Source: Podarcis pityusensis | Lineage: Eukaryota | DNA length: 64,000 bases | Assembly: GCA_964106645.2 (NCBI GenBank) | Contig: OZ067038.1 | Direction: 5' to 3' (one strand) | Shown here: in pieces, positions 51,139 through 64,000 of the stretch | Layout: each line of letters starts with the position of its first letter | Position numbering within the stretch: the stretch's first letter is position 1 | Program-made: the position numbers and the translations under genes | Notes under the pieces: model-generated | The model's input: only the letters and a program-made list of their open reading frames with translations | Databases searched by the model: none | What the model was told of the DNA's origin: nothing

Positions 51139-54100
51139 AAAAAAGATAAAGAGAAGTGGCAAATCACAGTGGTCCCCATGTTATAAGTTGTGACCGAACA
51201 TGGCCCTGAGAAGTTTGAAGACTGCTGAGTAATAAAATTAAACTTTATACGAGGGGGAAACTTTTCAAGTTTGCAGTGGGCTAACTGTACCTAGGCCTAT
51301 GTATGATGCAGCCAGTAGTACTTCCCATTTTTCATTGCCGTACCTAGATCCTGGCCCTGACGAGATTTAGATTTCTAAAACTGGGTAAAATTGCTACTTT
51401 GCCCAAAACAAAACACTATTCTAGTTCCAAAGAATATTTCTGTGATGATCTTTCAGATTTTCACATTAAAGGAATGTGTTGATCTTTGATGCCTTTGACC
51501 ATGTTCAGTTTGAAGCAGTCTTCATCCATTTCAAATAATTACAAAAACTGTAATATCTCTTTGTGATATTTTCTTTTTTTATTTAAACATTGAAGTCATA
51601 CATTGTGTCTGACTAGTGCATGACCTAATCTGTGTCTTGCATCTCTGGTTCTCATGTTATTGTTGTTGCTATTATAACTGTATCTCTCTCTATAGCTTTT
51701 CATTCGTATGCCGCATAATCTTGGCAGCAGCAAAGTAATCTCTGTTTTAATCATATAATTAATCTACAAGAAAATGTTGTTCTGCATCATCAAAAACTGA
51801 TAAATATGTATTATAAAAGGGTGTGAGCCGTGGTGTTAAAGTAAATGGAACCTGCACACAATAACTTGATTAATCATTTTTCTCTCTTTGGTGAATCTTA
51901 AAATCGAGTTACTTTTGAAAGAATTTAACCTTGATAGAGAAAATTCTTCTGTAATATTAGTTAAAATGCTGTAATAAATGTATTCTATGAGGTTGGATCA
52001 AGGGTTCCATAGGATTGTGGTGGGACACTCTGGAACTGGGTAAAGGCTTGCAAGATGAAAACAATTACAACAGTAGTCATAAGGAATAAATAGAACATCA
52101 GAAAATACACAACCAAACTGAACAATTTCCACATAAATCATAATAAGATTGAAAATAAAGATACAAAAAATAATATAAAAAGCACCAACAACAACCTCCT
52201 CCCCCACAACCAAAAACACTAATAAGCATCTGATTAGTAAGGGAATGAGCAGTCTATTTAATATTTTTAAAGTATTTTTTGTTGTGGTAATTAGGAACTT
52301 AAGAAGCCAAGATATAACGATACAGTACAGAAAATATTTTTCCAAATCTTAAATCAAAGATATTTTTAAACTGTAATTATTATCACTACCAGCTTTTTTG
52401 ACATGCACTTGCATTTCTCAACCCCATACAAGTTTTCTTTAAGTATTGCAATTAGCTAAGCTTGAATATAAAACTAATTGTGCTGAACTGATAAAGAATT
52501 TTGTGTTTAACTTCCACTTGATTTTTTAAAAAAATAAAATAAAAAATGTTTTAAAACAATTTATGGAGTTTTCAAGAAAATATTACATCATTCCAAGTAA
52601 TTTGGTATATGTATAGCATACATTTCATGCTTTGTTCCCTCATATAAAATTATTCTTTAAAATCTGCAGGTAGTATTAGACAGCAGAAGTCAACTCATTT
52701 TCACGTTAACCAAAAATGACTCTATAAATTGTTGAAACCAAACAAACTTTTTCCGGTTTGTTGTGAGAGCAATAGGAAAGGGGATTGCCACTCTGACAGG
52801 GAAATAAGGAGATAAGACAGAAATTTGAGTGAAAGTGGGTTGGATTTATTTAATGAAAGATATTCAGTGAGGTGTGGCTAGTGTAGGAAGTGTTGAAGAG
52901 AGTGGTGATGACAGTGCAGGATGCTTAAAAATATATAACTGTGGTGAGCCAACCCTGCAAAGGGAGGGGGTGGTATTGTTTATCTGCCCCTCCTCTTAAA
53001 CCCCACCTTCTTAGATGAGCAGGAAGGCCTCCCTGATTAACTTTTCCAAGAGTCCCACAACACAGCATGATACAAGTTGAACTCAAAAGTGCACCCTGCC
53101 TTGCTGGGGAGTCTCTCAGTCCTGAAGGCAAATCTTGAGATTATTAGACACTTTTAAGGTAGAAGGGGTAAATTACTACACCCTACCTCCTAAATGTGAG
53201 CAAATTAATTTATCAGCTCCCACTCACCAACCTATTAATTTAACAGCTCCCACTCACCAATCTATGTTTATCAAGATAGAGGACTTAAAACAAAACACGG
53301 ACTAGGCAGAACACATTCAGTTTGTCAGCTGAGCCAACATGATAGCAGGCCAGGAACTCCTACTCATCCCCACATGATGCCAAGCAGAGGAGCTTTCTAC
53401 TCAAAGAGCTTTCACCTCTTAACAGCTATCCTGTTTGAATCTGAATATAGATAGATATAAAAAGATACAAGCTCCCTAAGGAATATTAGTTGCAAAAACT
53501 TTTGTCCGCTTCTAATCCTCTTTATGGGAAGCTACCCGAAACCTTTTTCACTAGTGAAGTGATGCTCAGAAATCTGAATTGCAATGTACCATATTTTTCT
53601 GTCTATAAGATGCCCCCATGTATAAGATGCCCCTTATTTGGGGGGACTCAGATTTAAGAAAATGGGGTGAGACACTATCCATGTATAAGATGCCCCCTAA
53701 TTTTTGACATCATTTTTTAGGGTGGGGAACTAGTCTAGTACATGGAAAAATATGGTAATTGTCTCTGTTCAGTAAGTCTCCACATTTAATATTGCTTTCC
53801 TATAGCCAGTTACCTGACTGTAAGTAAGCCCCAGTGGGACTTAACTCTCAGTAGACACAAATAGCACTTTTAGACTTCCATGGAAGAGTCATATATTGTT
53901 TCCAGCTCCTTCAAAAAATCAGTATGGAACCCAACCTGAAATATTTCATACAGTCTTATCAAGAAACATTTTTTCTTCCTTCACTGAAGGTTTTGCCCAC
54001 TTAGAAGACTTTGCACTCATCTTTATTATTATTTTTTTCTAAATTCAATGAAAATACTATAGTTAAAATGTGTAACATGTGTAGATTTAAGTCAGTCCTC

Positions 54101-55565
54101 AAGGAAGCCAGCATTCCCTTTCCAATTAAAATACGGCTCTGGAAGTGAGAGAGCATATTGAAGTGAATTTTAGTTCCATATAATGAAAGCTATAATAATC
54201 TTTGTTTCTGAAAAGGAAGCCACAGTGATTAAATATGTAATCATTATAACAGCATGATCTTAAACACTGAATAAAATACCAGCTGGACCCACCTCAGGTG
54301 CCTAATTCTTGTGGAGAACGAGAGCCCAGTGAACAATTTAATTTCGAAATTAATAGGTGGTTAGTAAGAAGCTAGGGACGAGAGCATATAAAGCATTGTA
54401 CATCAACGAAAAGGTAGGGGGGAGATGCCCCAAGTTTGAGTCCATAATCTACGTAATTTAGGTATGAATGAATTTGTTCACACATAACAAAATGCAGATT
54501 ATGGTATTCATAAGACTGTGGTAAAATAGGAATATAAACAAAAAAAATGGGTAAGACAAGGTTAGTTTTGCTTAATTAGACCAAATTCTTTTTTGAAAAA
54601 AGTAAAGCATTTCCCAAAGTGATGGTATTATAACTCACATTAGTGACAGCAAAAACAGATGTAGTTTTTGTTTCATAATCACTTAATAGAATAATAGAAA
54701 GCAAACTTACAGTCATTCCCTTTTAAAAGGGCAGACAGCTTAGTAAAATATTTGGAAATATTTTGTTGTTATTAATTGATGCTTCATACGGCAGTACAGT
54801 GGTACCTGGGTTACACACACTTCAGGTTACATACGCTTCGGGTTACAGACTCCTCTAACCTAGAAATATTACCTCAGGTTAAGAACTTTGCTTCAGGATG
54901 AGAACAGAAATCGTGCTCTGGCGACGTGGCGGAAGCGTGAGGCCCCATTAGCTAAAGTGGTGTTTCAGGTTAAGAACAGTTTCATGTTAAGAACAGACCT
55001 CCGGAATTAATTAAGTACGTAACCCGAGGTACCACTGTATAGAATCAGGACAACATGGGGAGGTCTTTGCAGACCCCAGACTGTATTTGGACCTGAAAGA
55101 CCAAAGAAAAGTGTGGGTGCATAGAGAGGAAGTTTTAAGCAAGCATAATTTGTGGTGTTGCACAGCACCATAAATGATCATGGGGCACATCTGTAAAGGC
55201 ATCAACCTTTAGCCTCATTCAGGGAGCTTGAAGCAACATAAAATAGCTTTTTAACTGTACAGTGGTACCTCAGGTTACAGATGCTTCAGGTTACAGATGC
55301 TGCTAACCCAGAAATAGTACCTCGGGTTAAGAACTTTGCTTCGGGATGAGAACAGAAATCGTGCAGCGGCAGCAAGAGGCCCAATTAGCTAAAGTGGTAC
55401 GTCAGGTTAAGAACAGACCTCCAGAACGAATTAAGTTCTTAACCCAAGGTACCACTGTAGTCTTACTGGCAGGTTTTTTGATCGTTGGAATTTTCTGGCT
55501 TTCGAAAAGGAAATATATTAAGATGCTATAGTCTTCAAACACAGGTGTTTCTGCATCTCAGACCA

Positions 55566-55607
<42 letters not shown>

Positions 55608-58600
55608 GCAGCAGTGGTCAGCAGGGTGGCAGAGGAAGGGCAGCATTGCACAGCTGGCGTCCCAACACAGAAATCACAGCCCTTTGCTCTGCCCCTCTTG
55701 GTAAGCAGCAGCAGTGCTCGCCTTGGAAAGCCACATGGACAACACCACCCTACTTGTACTACCCTGCAAACAACTACTGTGTTGCAGGATGTGTTTGTGT
55801 CAGGGTGTGGAGGTGCATTCACTTCATGCAGCTACAATTGTGCTTCGAGACCCCCAACCACCCCCCAAAAATCAAGACACAGTGACATGGGATTTTAGTT
55901 TAAGTTACTGGGCAAAATTTAGGCCACAGCTTTATTGAATACAGAATGTGAGTGGTATTGGCTTAGGCATTGGAGGCATCATCCAAACTATATCAGACTC
56001 CCACCCACATCATGGGGAATCTGATAAAAGGGTGAAACACCGCCAGAGGAAGCCCCACCGATGTGAACCGACTTGATTTCATCCCTTGTGCCCCCATGGG
56101 GTCCTGGTATGGCCCTAGCCTCTACCACTGGGTTTCGGACAAGACCCAGGCCAACTCCTGATTCCTTTAACAGAATACCCTTGAGCTTGGAGGGGCAGGT
56201 GATGGCTGCACCTCCCCTCCCCACACATTGCTGATCGAATGCCTAACCGCCAAACCTTACAATGTTGTGACGATTGTTACGTGGTAGGCGAAAACCAAAC
56301 GGCTCTGCCAATCTGCCAGATGGAAAAATTCCTACCAGGCCCCCATTGCAAAACTGGCGACCAACAACGTCCATAGTAAGGCCAACGCACCAGATTAAAG
56401 GGGTGAGTGGGTGCGTGATCCGTTGCGCAAAGGCAAAGAGGTCCAGCAAACATTGCACAGGGATTAAATAATGTTTCGTGGCCACCCTCCAAGCCAAGCC
56501 ATTGGCTTTAGAGACCAAGTGACCACGAAACGACAAACCAGAGTGGTGCAGGGCATAGCCCTACCCACACCAGGAGGTGGGAGATGCCTGGGGGCCTGCG
56601 CGCAATGCGTACCCTCCTTGAAGAGGATCTGATTTCCCATACTGGTTTAACATTCTATACCTCTTGACAGGGCACTCTGGCACCTGTAGCTGTGTGAGGG
56701 GAAGAGCGGTCACTTAACTCTCATAACCCTTAACAAACTGCAGGTCCCACAGCTCTTTGTAGAAAGCCATGACTGTTAAAATGGAATTATAATGCTTTAA
56801 ATCTGTGTATGTCCCTGTCCCCCGTCCCCACTCTTCTCAGGCTAGAAGCAGCAGGGCTTGCTCTTCGCTGTTTGCTATTACCTCCCAGGAAGCACAACCC
56901 ACTCAGACTGTATCTACTAATAGGTATTTCATATTATATCCATTCTCTTTTAATGGAATGGAACTGAACATTACACAATCTTTAGGGTGTTCAGGCCTTC
57001 TAATAACTTGCCCATTTCAACTGTGTGGGGGTTCAGCGATGGCATCCTTCAACTGCCATTCTTTGGTCTCTCTCCTTCCCTGTCCAACAATCTGCCGTGG
57101 ATAGGACAGATTGCTGTTGCCACAGGTCTGAGCTGATTGCTTGAGGAGGGCTTATGAAATTAGGCGAAGAGCCATTTGAAATTAGGCTGAGGGCTGCATG
57201 TGGCCCACCTCTGATCTAGGCCAATAAAAAATAAGTTGTCCCTTAAAGGTCTGGCAATACCATTTCACAGAATAATTCCATACACCACAGTAAAGGGAAG
57301 TGTGTAACAAACTAGAAGCATGAATTCTTCAGTTTCTCACAGCGAAATAAATACCCAGTTGTCCAGTTTATATTATTTTTATCTGAAAGTTTTCTGTAGT
57401 TAATAGTTGTTGTTTTGTGGTAGTGGTTGTTTTTTTAGTAGCTTGGTTAAATTCTAAGCTTCATTGACCTATCTGATTCCTTCCATTTTTCAGAAATTAT
57501 TTCTTCTGGGCATATTCTTTTCTGAACATGGTTTACTGCCTGCTCAGACACACACTCCATTGCTTCTAATCAATTCTGACTATCCTTGTATGATATTTGT
57601 ATGGAGCGCTGTCAGCTAAAAAGTAGCTGAAGCAGAAGACCTATTTCTTCACAATGGAATGCTAGAAAACTCATCCCTTTGACTCCCCAAATGCATTTGA
57701 AGGTAGACAAATACAGTACTGTACAATGGATTTTCAGTGATGCCTGCTACGGCATGCATACCTATCTGGTATATCAAAAGATTTTTAGCTGAAAATCTTC
57801 ACCAAACTGAGTGGTGTGTCTGCACGACATGCACACATTAATTCACTCACACTGTAAACTGTTTTTTCTTCAGGGGGAAAAAATGGTCTGAGATTATGTT
57901 AGGTGAGTAAACATGTTTAGCTCTAGGTCAGGCATTGTAACAATAATAACATCAGCAAATTATTTCTAGCCCAGTCTCTGTCACGTATTCTCGCTAAGAA
58001 ACTTGTTGGCAAACATGACCCTTTCTTACACTTCAAGAAACTGAACTCTGTTTGGCTAATTTGCATTGTGTTGTCACGTGTTTCCCGCTTTCCTGAGTGG
58101 TGAGTAATTTACAGGGTTGGTGCTGTTTGAATTTGGCATCCTAACCTTTGGATGAGAATAGAGGCAGACTGACAATTTCTACTGTTGACCCACTTTGGAA
58201 CCCTTTGGGGGAGGCAAAAGGGGGTTCAAATCTACTCACTATGTTCCCCATTTCCACATCTAGGCTATTCTTAATGGTTGCTCTGGTGGTGGCTGCTGGT
58301 TGATAGACATCATTTGCTACTCTAAATTGCCTCTGTAAGTGACAGTACATTATCACATAGCTTCAGTCCCAAGGCTATTCTGGGGATAGTAGGGGAGCAA
58401 GAACCACCACTTCCCACCTGGAATGCCTTTCTGAGCAAGACTTGGTGCTGATGTAGCTGTCAAGAATTCTTCTCAATATTGATCCAGAGCAGATTCCAAT
58501 GTATAGTTAGCAGAGTAAAATAAATGTAGCACGTTGCAGAATTCCAAAAAAATAGACCAGAGGCAATTAATATTTCATCCAGCAGAGCTTTACTGCTACT

Positions 58601-61600
58601 GAAGGCAAATGAGCATAATAGTCACAAATCCATACCTTCAGGATTGGCTCTGTCCATAAGAAATCCAGTTGCAGCAGTCTTAACTTAAACTTATGATAAC
58701 TTACAATAGGACTAAAACCTTAACACTAAGCATACCAAGTACAGGACACACCACAAGGAAAGAGAGATAGAAACTGAAACTCAGGCTGCTTCTGATCTAT
58801 TATTGTAGTCAGCATGACTTTGAGTGAAAGAGATAACAGAACCAGTTTAAACCAGCTGTTCAGCTTCTCTGAAGGAATAACCCAAACATCAGGAACCTTC
58901 TGCCTGTTTCTAGGCAGAATATAAACTTGCTTGTCGGTAGAAACTTCCAGCTTGCACTAGCTTGTATCACACAGAGAAGCTTCCAGAACCCTCTTGAGTC
59001 AATAGAATAGGAAAGATCCTTGTTGTTGTTTAGTCGTTTAGTTGTGTCCGACTCTTCGTGACCCCATGGACCAGAGCACGCCAGGCACTTCTTTCTTCCA
59101 CTGCCTCCCGCAGTGAAAGATCCTATTCTATTCTAAATAGGAGAGCTATATTTCAGCTAAGCCCTAGATGGGAGAGCAGTAGAGACTTGTCATTTCAAAA
59201 ATATTTATGCTCTCTCTTTGTAGAAATCCAGTGGAATAGTGACACTTTCTCCAAGATCTGATGCATCTCATTTCAGATTCCTCGCTATTCCCTAATTATT
59301 GGCAGCCATCAGCCAGCCATTGTGGGCTGTTAACTAGCATTCTGTCTCATAAAGGAATTGTAAGGCAGAAACCACAATAGCATAGTTTGCCAGTAAAGTT
59401 TAAAACTCTGCTGCTATATTATCTCTTCTCCCTGAAGACATAACCCAAGATAAACAACTTTACCTTCACTACTAGCCAGCCTAAGGATTTTATTTCTCCA
59501 GTTACTTTTATCCCTTTCTTTCTGTTTTGTTTTCTTTGCACATTTGCATGTGAAATGAGAAAACTTTGCATTAGCTTGGTGAACTAGCTCCTTGGGACAT
59601 TTATACCTTGTACTTGGCACTGTGCTGTTGAAGTCTATAAACCATCCACATGATGAGCTATTCAATGCATGTCTACCAATTTTAAGATTGCTTCTTAACA
59701 TCTGTTCAGAATTTGTTCATCCTGATGGCCCAGACATCCTTTGTGCTTGGCTGAACATGGTAACTTATGATTACTCCATTTATGCCAGTTAGAAATCTAA
59801 ACAAGTGCATCAGTGTGCACTCTGGTTTGTTTTCCTTTATGAATATATTGAGTTTAACTTTTTGGTGCCTTTGGGGTTTCTGTCTGAAATGCAAGAAACT
59901 CTTTTAGACAACAGCTACAGCATCATCATATGGGAAGCAAACAAGTGTTCTCCCAAGTCTGTCAACCTCCCCTCCAACTTTCTGTTATTACATTATTATC
60001 TATCACTTCAAGTTAACACTGGTTCTATATGTAAAAAGGCACTTTATTGCTAGATTAGATTAGGGTGCCCATATGTACCACTTTCCAGAGGTCAGCTGAA
60101 GTGCTTTCCAGTCCGAATCCGGTTTAAAGATGAAGACCTATATAAAAGGGGAGAGGAGATGCCTTGAAATTGCCCATCTGTACTCAGCATTCCCTGAGCA
60201 GGCACTCAGGCCCCACTATGATCACAATCTTCCCCACTATGGTGAGACATATTGTATATCACTTTAAATTATAGTCACGGTTTCTAAATTTGCATCTGTA
60301 TATATAAATTAACTTTTTTCAGATCTGTATCCTCTTTGTCTTTTCTTCTTCTGTTCACCCTCTTCTAAGTGAACAGGGCAACTCTCAAAACCATCAAATT
60401 GTTGAGATAAGATGGCGCCCGGCACACTTCCCCTGTGCCGATGGACGCTTGTGCCGATAGAAAAAACTTGAGCTCTCTTTGAAGCTCTTAGCAGAGTACT
60501 GCAGCGGTAGAAAATGTTGCCTTGTGTGTGGATAATAAATCAGACTGAACGCAGGCTTCTTACTAAACTCTAACAGCCTTTAATGAGAAGAAAAACATCA
60601 TAAATCAGTCCGGCGAGAGAGCAGGCATCCTTCTCGCCTCTCAGCCAAAAACGAAAGGATAACTCACACACAAAGTAAGATTCCCGTATGTGAACCAAAC
60701 CACGCCTCAGAATGTGAGACGTCACACAGAACTGTTTAACCCTGTAAGTTCTGATTCTCCTCACACCCCCTCTCGTCTCGCATCCTGAGGGAAAACTGTG
60801 AGTATAACTCACCCCAAACACAGCCCTTCACAGAACTCCCCATGTCGCTGGAAGGTCAAGGGTTTGGTAAACCCATCAGATAGGTTCTCCCGGCTCGAAC
60901 AATACTTGAGCCGTATCCAACCTGCTTGGACACTCTGACATACATTCTGGAAACGTATGTCCAAATGCTTGGTTCTGGACTTGAACTGTCCAGATTCTGC
61001 CAACCTAAGACAAGGTTGATTGTCTCCCCAAACAGTTATGGGCAAGTAACAATCCCCACAGATCTCTTGGATCAAGCACCGGAAGAAGTCCAACTCCCTG
61101 CACAAATCCGACAACGCACTGAACTCAGCCTCAGTGGAAGAAAGTGCAATAAGACTTTGCTTCCGGGACTTCCACCCAACCAGGGATTCCCCGAACTTTA
61201 CCACCAGTCCAGACACAGACTTCCTGTCCCCAAGAGATGCCCAATCGCTGTCACTCCAGCACGTAAGCCATGCGTCACCTTCAACTGACAACGCGAGGCA
61301 AAACTCTTTGGTATCCTGCAAATACCTCAACACCCTCTTGATGCCTTGCCAGGCATTCACACTGGGCTTTGTAGCCTCCCTGCTGAGCAGATTCACAGCA
61401 AACGCTATGTCTGGTCTGCTCCACTGAGAGAGATACAACAGACTCCCTAGCGCTGACTGAAACACCTCAGGGTTTTGGAACTCAGAACGCTCCCCAAGCT
61501 GACTGTCCTTCACGAAGTTGGTCTCCATGGGCGTTCTGACCCCTGCACAGTCAGACATCCGGAACTTCTCAAGCAACTGCTCAATCTTGCTTTTCTGACT

Positions 61601-64000
61601 GAGCAAGAAACTCCCGTTCTCAGACCTGTCTATCCTAACGCCTAGATAAACCTGAACGAAACCAAGGTTTTTGAGCTTAAACTTCTTACCAAGCTCTTTG
61701 GCAAAACCTTGCACCTGTCTACTTGTCTGTGCCACGTACAGAATATCATCTACGAACACCAGAATCGCTTCCTGTGTCTCTCCTGACCCCTTCAGGTACA
61801 GGCAACTGTCTGCAAGACTCTTCTGGAAACCCAAACTTTCCAGAGCTTCATTCAGGCACATGTTCCAATTTCTGGCTGACTGTTTCAAACCATACCAAGA
61901 ACTAACTCAAGAACTTCAAGCTCATACCAAGAACTAACTTAGTTGGTCTTTAAGGTGCTACTGGAAGGATTTTTTTTATTTTGATTATGGCAGACCAACA
62001 CGGCTACCTATCTGTAACTGTTTCAAACCATAAATTGACTTGTGCAGCTTCCACACAACACCTGGCTCATTGCCCTCAAACCCTGGAGGAGGTAACATGT
62101 ACATATCCTCCTTCAGATCCGAGTTCAAATAAGCCACATCCACATCAAAGTGGTGCACTTGGTGCCCTCTTTGAGCAGCTACTGCTAAAAACACGCACAG
62201 AGTCTCACTCCGGGAAGTAGGAGCATACACTTTGGTGTAATGCAGCCCCCTTCTCTGCGTGAACCCTCTGGCTACAAGCCTCGCCTTGTACTGAGGTTCT
62301 CCAGACGTTGTGGGCTTAATCCTGTAAACCCAACGACAGCTCACGGCCTGCTTGCCCTCTGGCAGCTTCGTGGTGGAGAACACACCTAAGGACCTCATTG
62401 AGTTCAACTCCTTTCCCATTGCCTCTTGCCATTTCCTGGCTTCCGCTTCAGGCAACTGTTGAACCTCCTCAAAACTCTCTGGTTCGCACTGCGCTAAACC
62501 AACCCACACGCTGGTGACCTCAAACCTCTCAGGTGGTACCCCCTTTGTAGTGCGTGTGGAACGTCTGAGCACTGTCTCAGGTGCTCCCTCTGACCCACTG
62601 GGGCCAGCAAGTGTGTCCTTGTTATCAGAAGACTCCCCCTCTGACTTACTGCGTCTTCTGGCCTTCTGCACTTGACTAACGGGAGACGAAGGCTCACTTT
62701 TGGGCTCTCTTTTAACAACCTGTGGAGATGCCCCTCCCTGTTCTTGACCCTGGTCAGAGACCTGGTCCTCATCAACAGGTTCAGCTTCTAACTCTCCCTC
62801 CTCAGCAGAATCAGACAGACACTCTGAGAGGACGGCAGGATTCGCATGGATCCTTGACCAACCACTCTGCTCACAGAACTCATCACTTCTGCTGACTAGA
62901 ATCCTGGACTGATCGCCTTCTGGATAGGCAAACCTCCACCTTTTTGTCCCAGGCTCGTACCCACAAAAGATCATTTTCCGGGACCTTGGGTCACCTTTCT
63001 TGCGTTGAGCCTTTGGCACAAGCACCCAAGCTTCGCAACCAAACACACGGAAGAAATGCACCTTGGGCTTCTTCCGCTGCAGCAGAAAATAGGGTGTGTC
63101 TCCTACAACAGAGCTATAGGACCTGTTCAAAGTGAAGCTGGCAGCTTTCCAAGCTTCGGCCCAAAAGCTCTGAGGCAAACCAGCATCAAACAGTAGAGCG
63201 TCAGCTGCCTCAGCTAGCGTTCTGTTCCTGCGCTCCGCTACGCCATTCTCCTGAGAAGAAAAAGCAACCGTCAACCTGTGACTTATCCCCTCCTGGCGGA
63301 AAAAACTCTGCAGAGCAGACCCGGTGAACTCTCCGCCTCGGTCGCTCTGAAAGCTCTGCACCTTGGTGGAAAACTGTAGTTCCACCGCCGCAACCCAGTC
63401 TTTGATCAGTTGCGCCGCCTCGCTTTTCTGTTTCAGCGAGAAGATCCAGCCGTTCCTCGAAAAATCATCTGTCAGCGTGAGCACATACCTGGCTCCGCCC
63501 AGACTCGGCATGGGTCCACAAAGGTCTGTATGCACTAGCTCAAAAGGCCTTGTGGTTACCCTCTCCAATCTGGGATAACTGCACCTTTTTATCTTTGCTC
63601 TTTTGCATGCCCTACAATCCAAGAATTTATCACATGCTTTCATCTTGCAACCCTCAGTGCATTCTGGCAACTTCTGGATATATTTCCAACAGCTATGCGA
63701 CATTCTCCTGTGCCACAAGCGAGCACGCGAATCATGTGTGGGAACGTTAGCACACCGCGCCTGTGCTGTCTCAGCGTCCCCCTTACCCTCCAGAGGTGTC
63801 TCCAGAACAAAGAGGTTGTTCTGACATGCAACATTGGCCAGTTGTTTCCCACCCCTGGAAATAGAACAGACATCATTTTCAAAGCAAACCTTATAACCCT
63901 CCTTTACAAGAGCAGATACAGATAAAAGACAACACTTCATTCCTGGACAACGTAGACTTCCAGCTCTGCCTGTAAAAAAGAAACAAACACATTGCCAACA
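51139..64000 (+). repeat. Segmental duplication, copy 2 (runs off the window end)
   Basis: Matches 29073-41934 at constant offset 22,066. Confidence 0.97.
60400..64000 (-). mobile_element. Ty1/Copia retrotransposon, copy 2 (part of the duplication, cut by the window end)
   Basis: 3' LTR 60400-60765, RT/RH ORF 60809-61888, same 122-bp insertion 61895-62016, IN/RT ORF 61985-63940, same frameshift and same flanks as copy 1. Confidence 0.95.

Noticed and set aside
60400-64000. Second Copia copy as an independent transposition or active burst
   Set aside because: It shares more than 9 kb of flank and the same lesions as copy 1, so it is a product of the duplication

Overview
Eukaryotic genomic DNA, most likely a lacertid-type lizard. 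This is inferred from the repeat set: Sauria/Squam1 and Squam3-like SINEs, CR1, L2, BovB, RTE-X-like LINEs, and hAT and Tc1/mariner MITEs. The window is repeat-rich intronic or intergenic sequence, and I recognise no host protein-coding gene. Main features: (1) A minus-strand Ty1/Copia LTR retrotransposon at 38334-42695 with 5-bp TSD CAAAT and domain order gag-PR-IN-RT-RNaseH. It is disabled by three lesions: a deletion removing part of the 5' LTR, the PBS and the gag N-terminus; a 1-bp frameshift; and a 122-bp Penelope-like insertion with a 16-bp TSD in RT. (2) An apparently perfect direct duplication: 29073-41934 recurs at 51139-64000 (window end) at a constant offset of 22,066 bp, so a second Copia copy is present. 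This is either a very recent segmental duplication or an assembly artefact; a 146-N gap lies between the copies. (3) Several nested insertions with readable TSDs, an inverted pair of solo LTRs, a promoter-like palindrome at about 7.85 kb, a strong CTCF-like motif, and four phase-compatible candidate exons at 10.4-18.8 kb that may belong to an unannotated spliced transcript. Family names come from my recall of consensus sequences, not from database searches. I found no well-supported novel biological system; the best leads are listed under findings.
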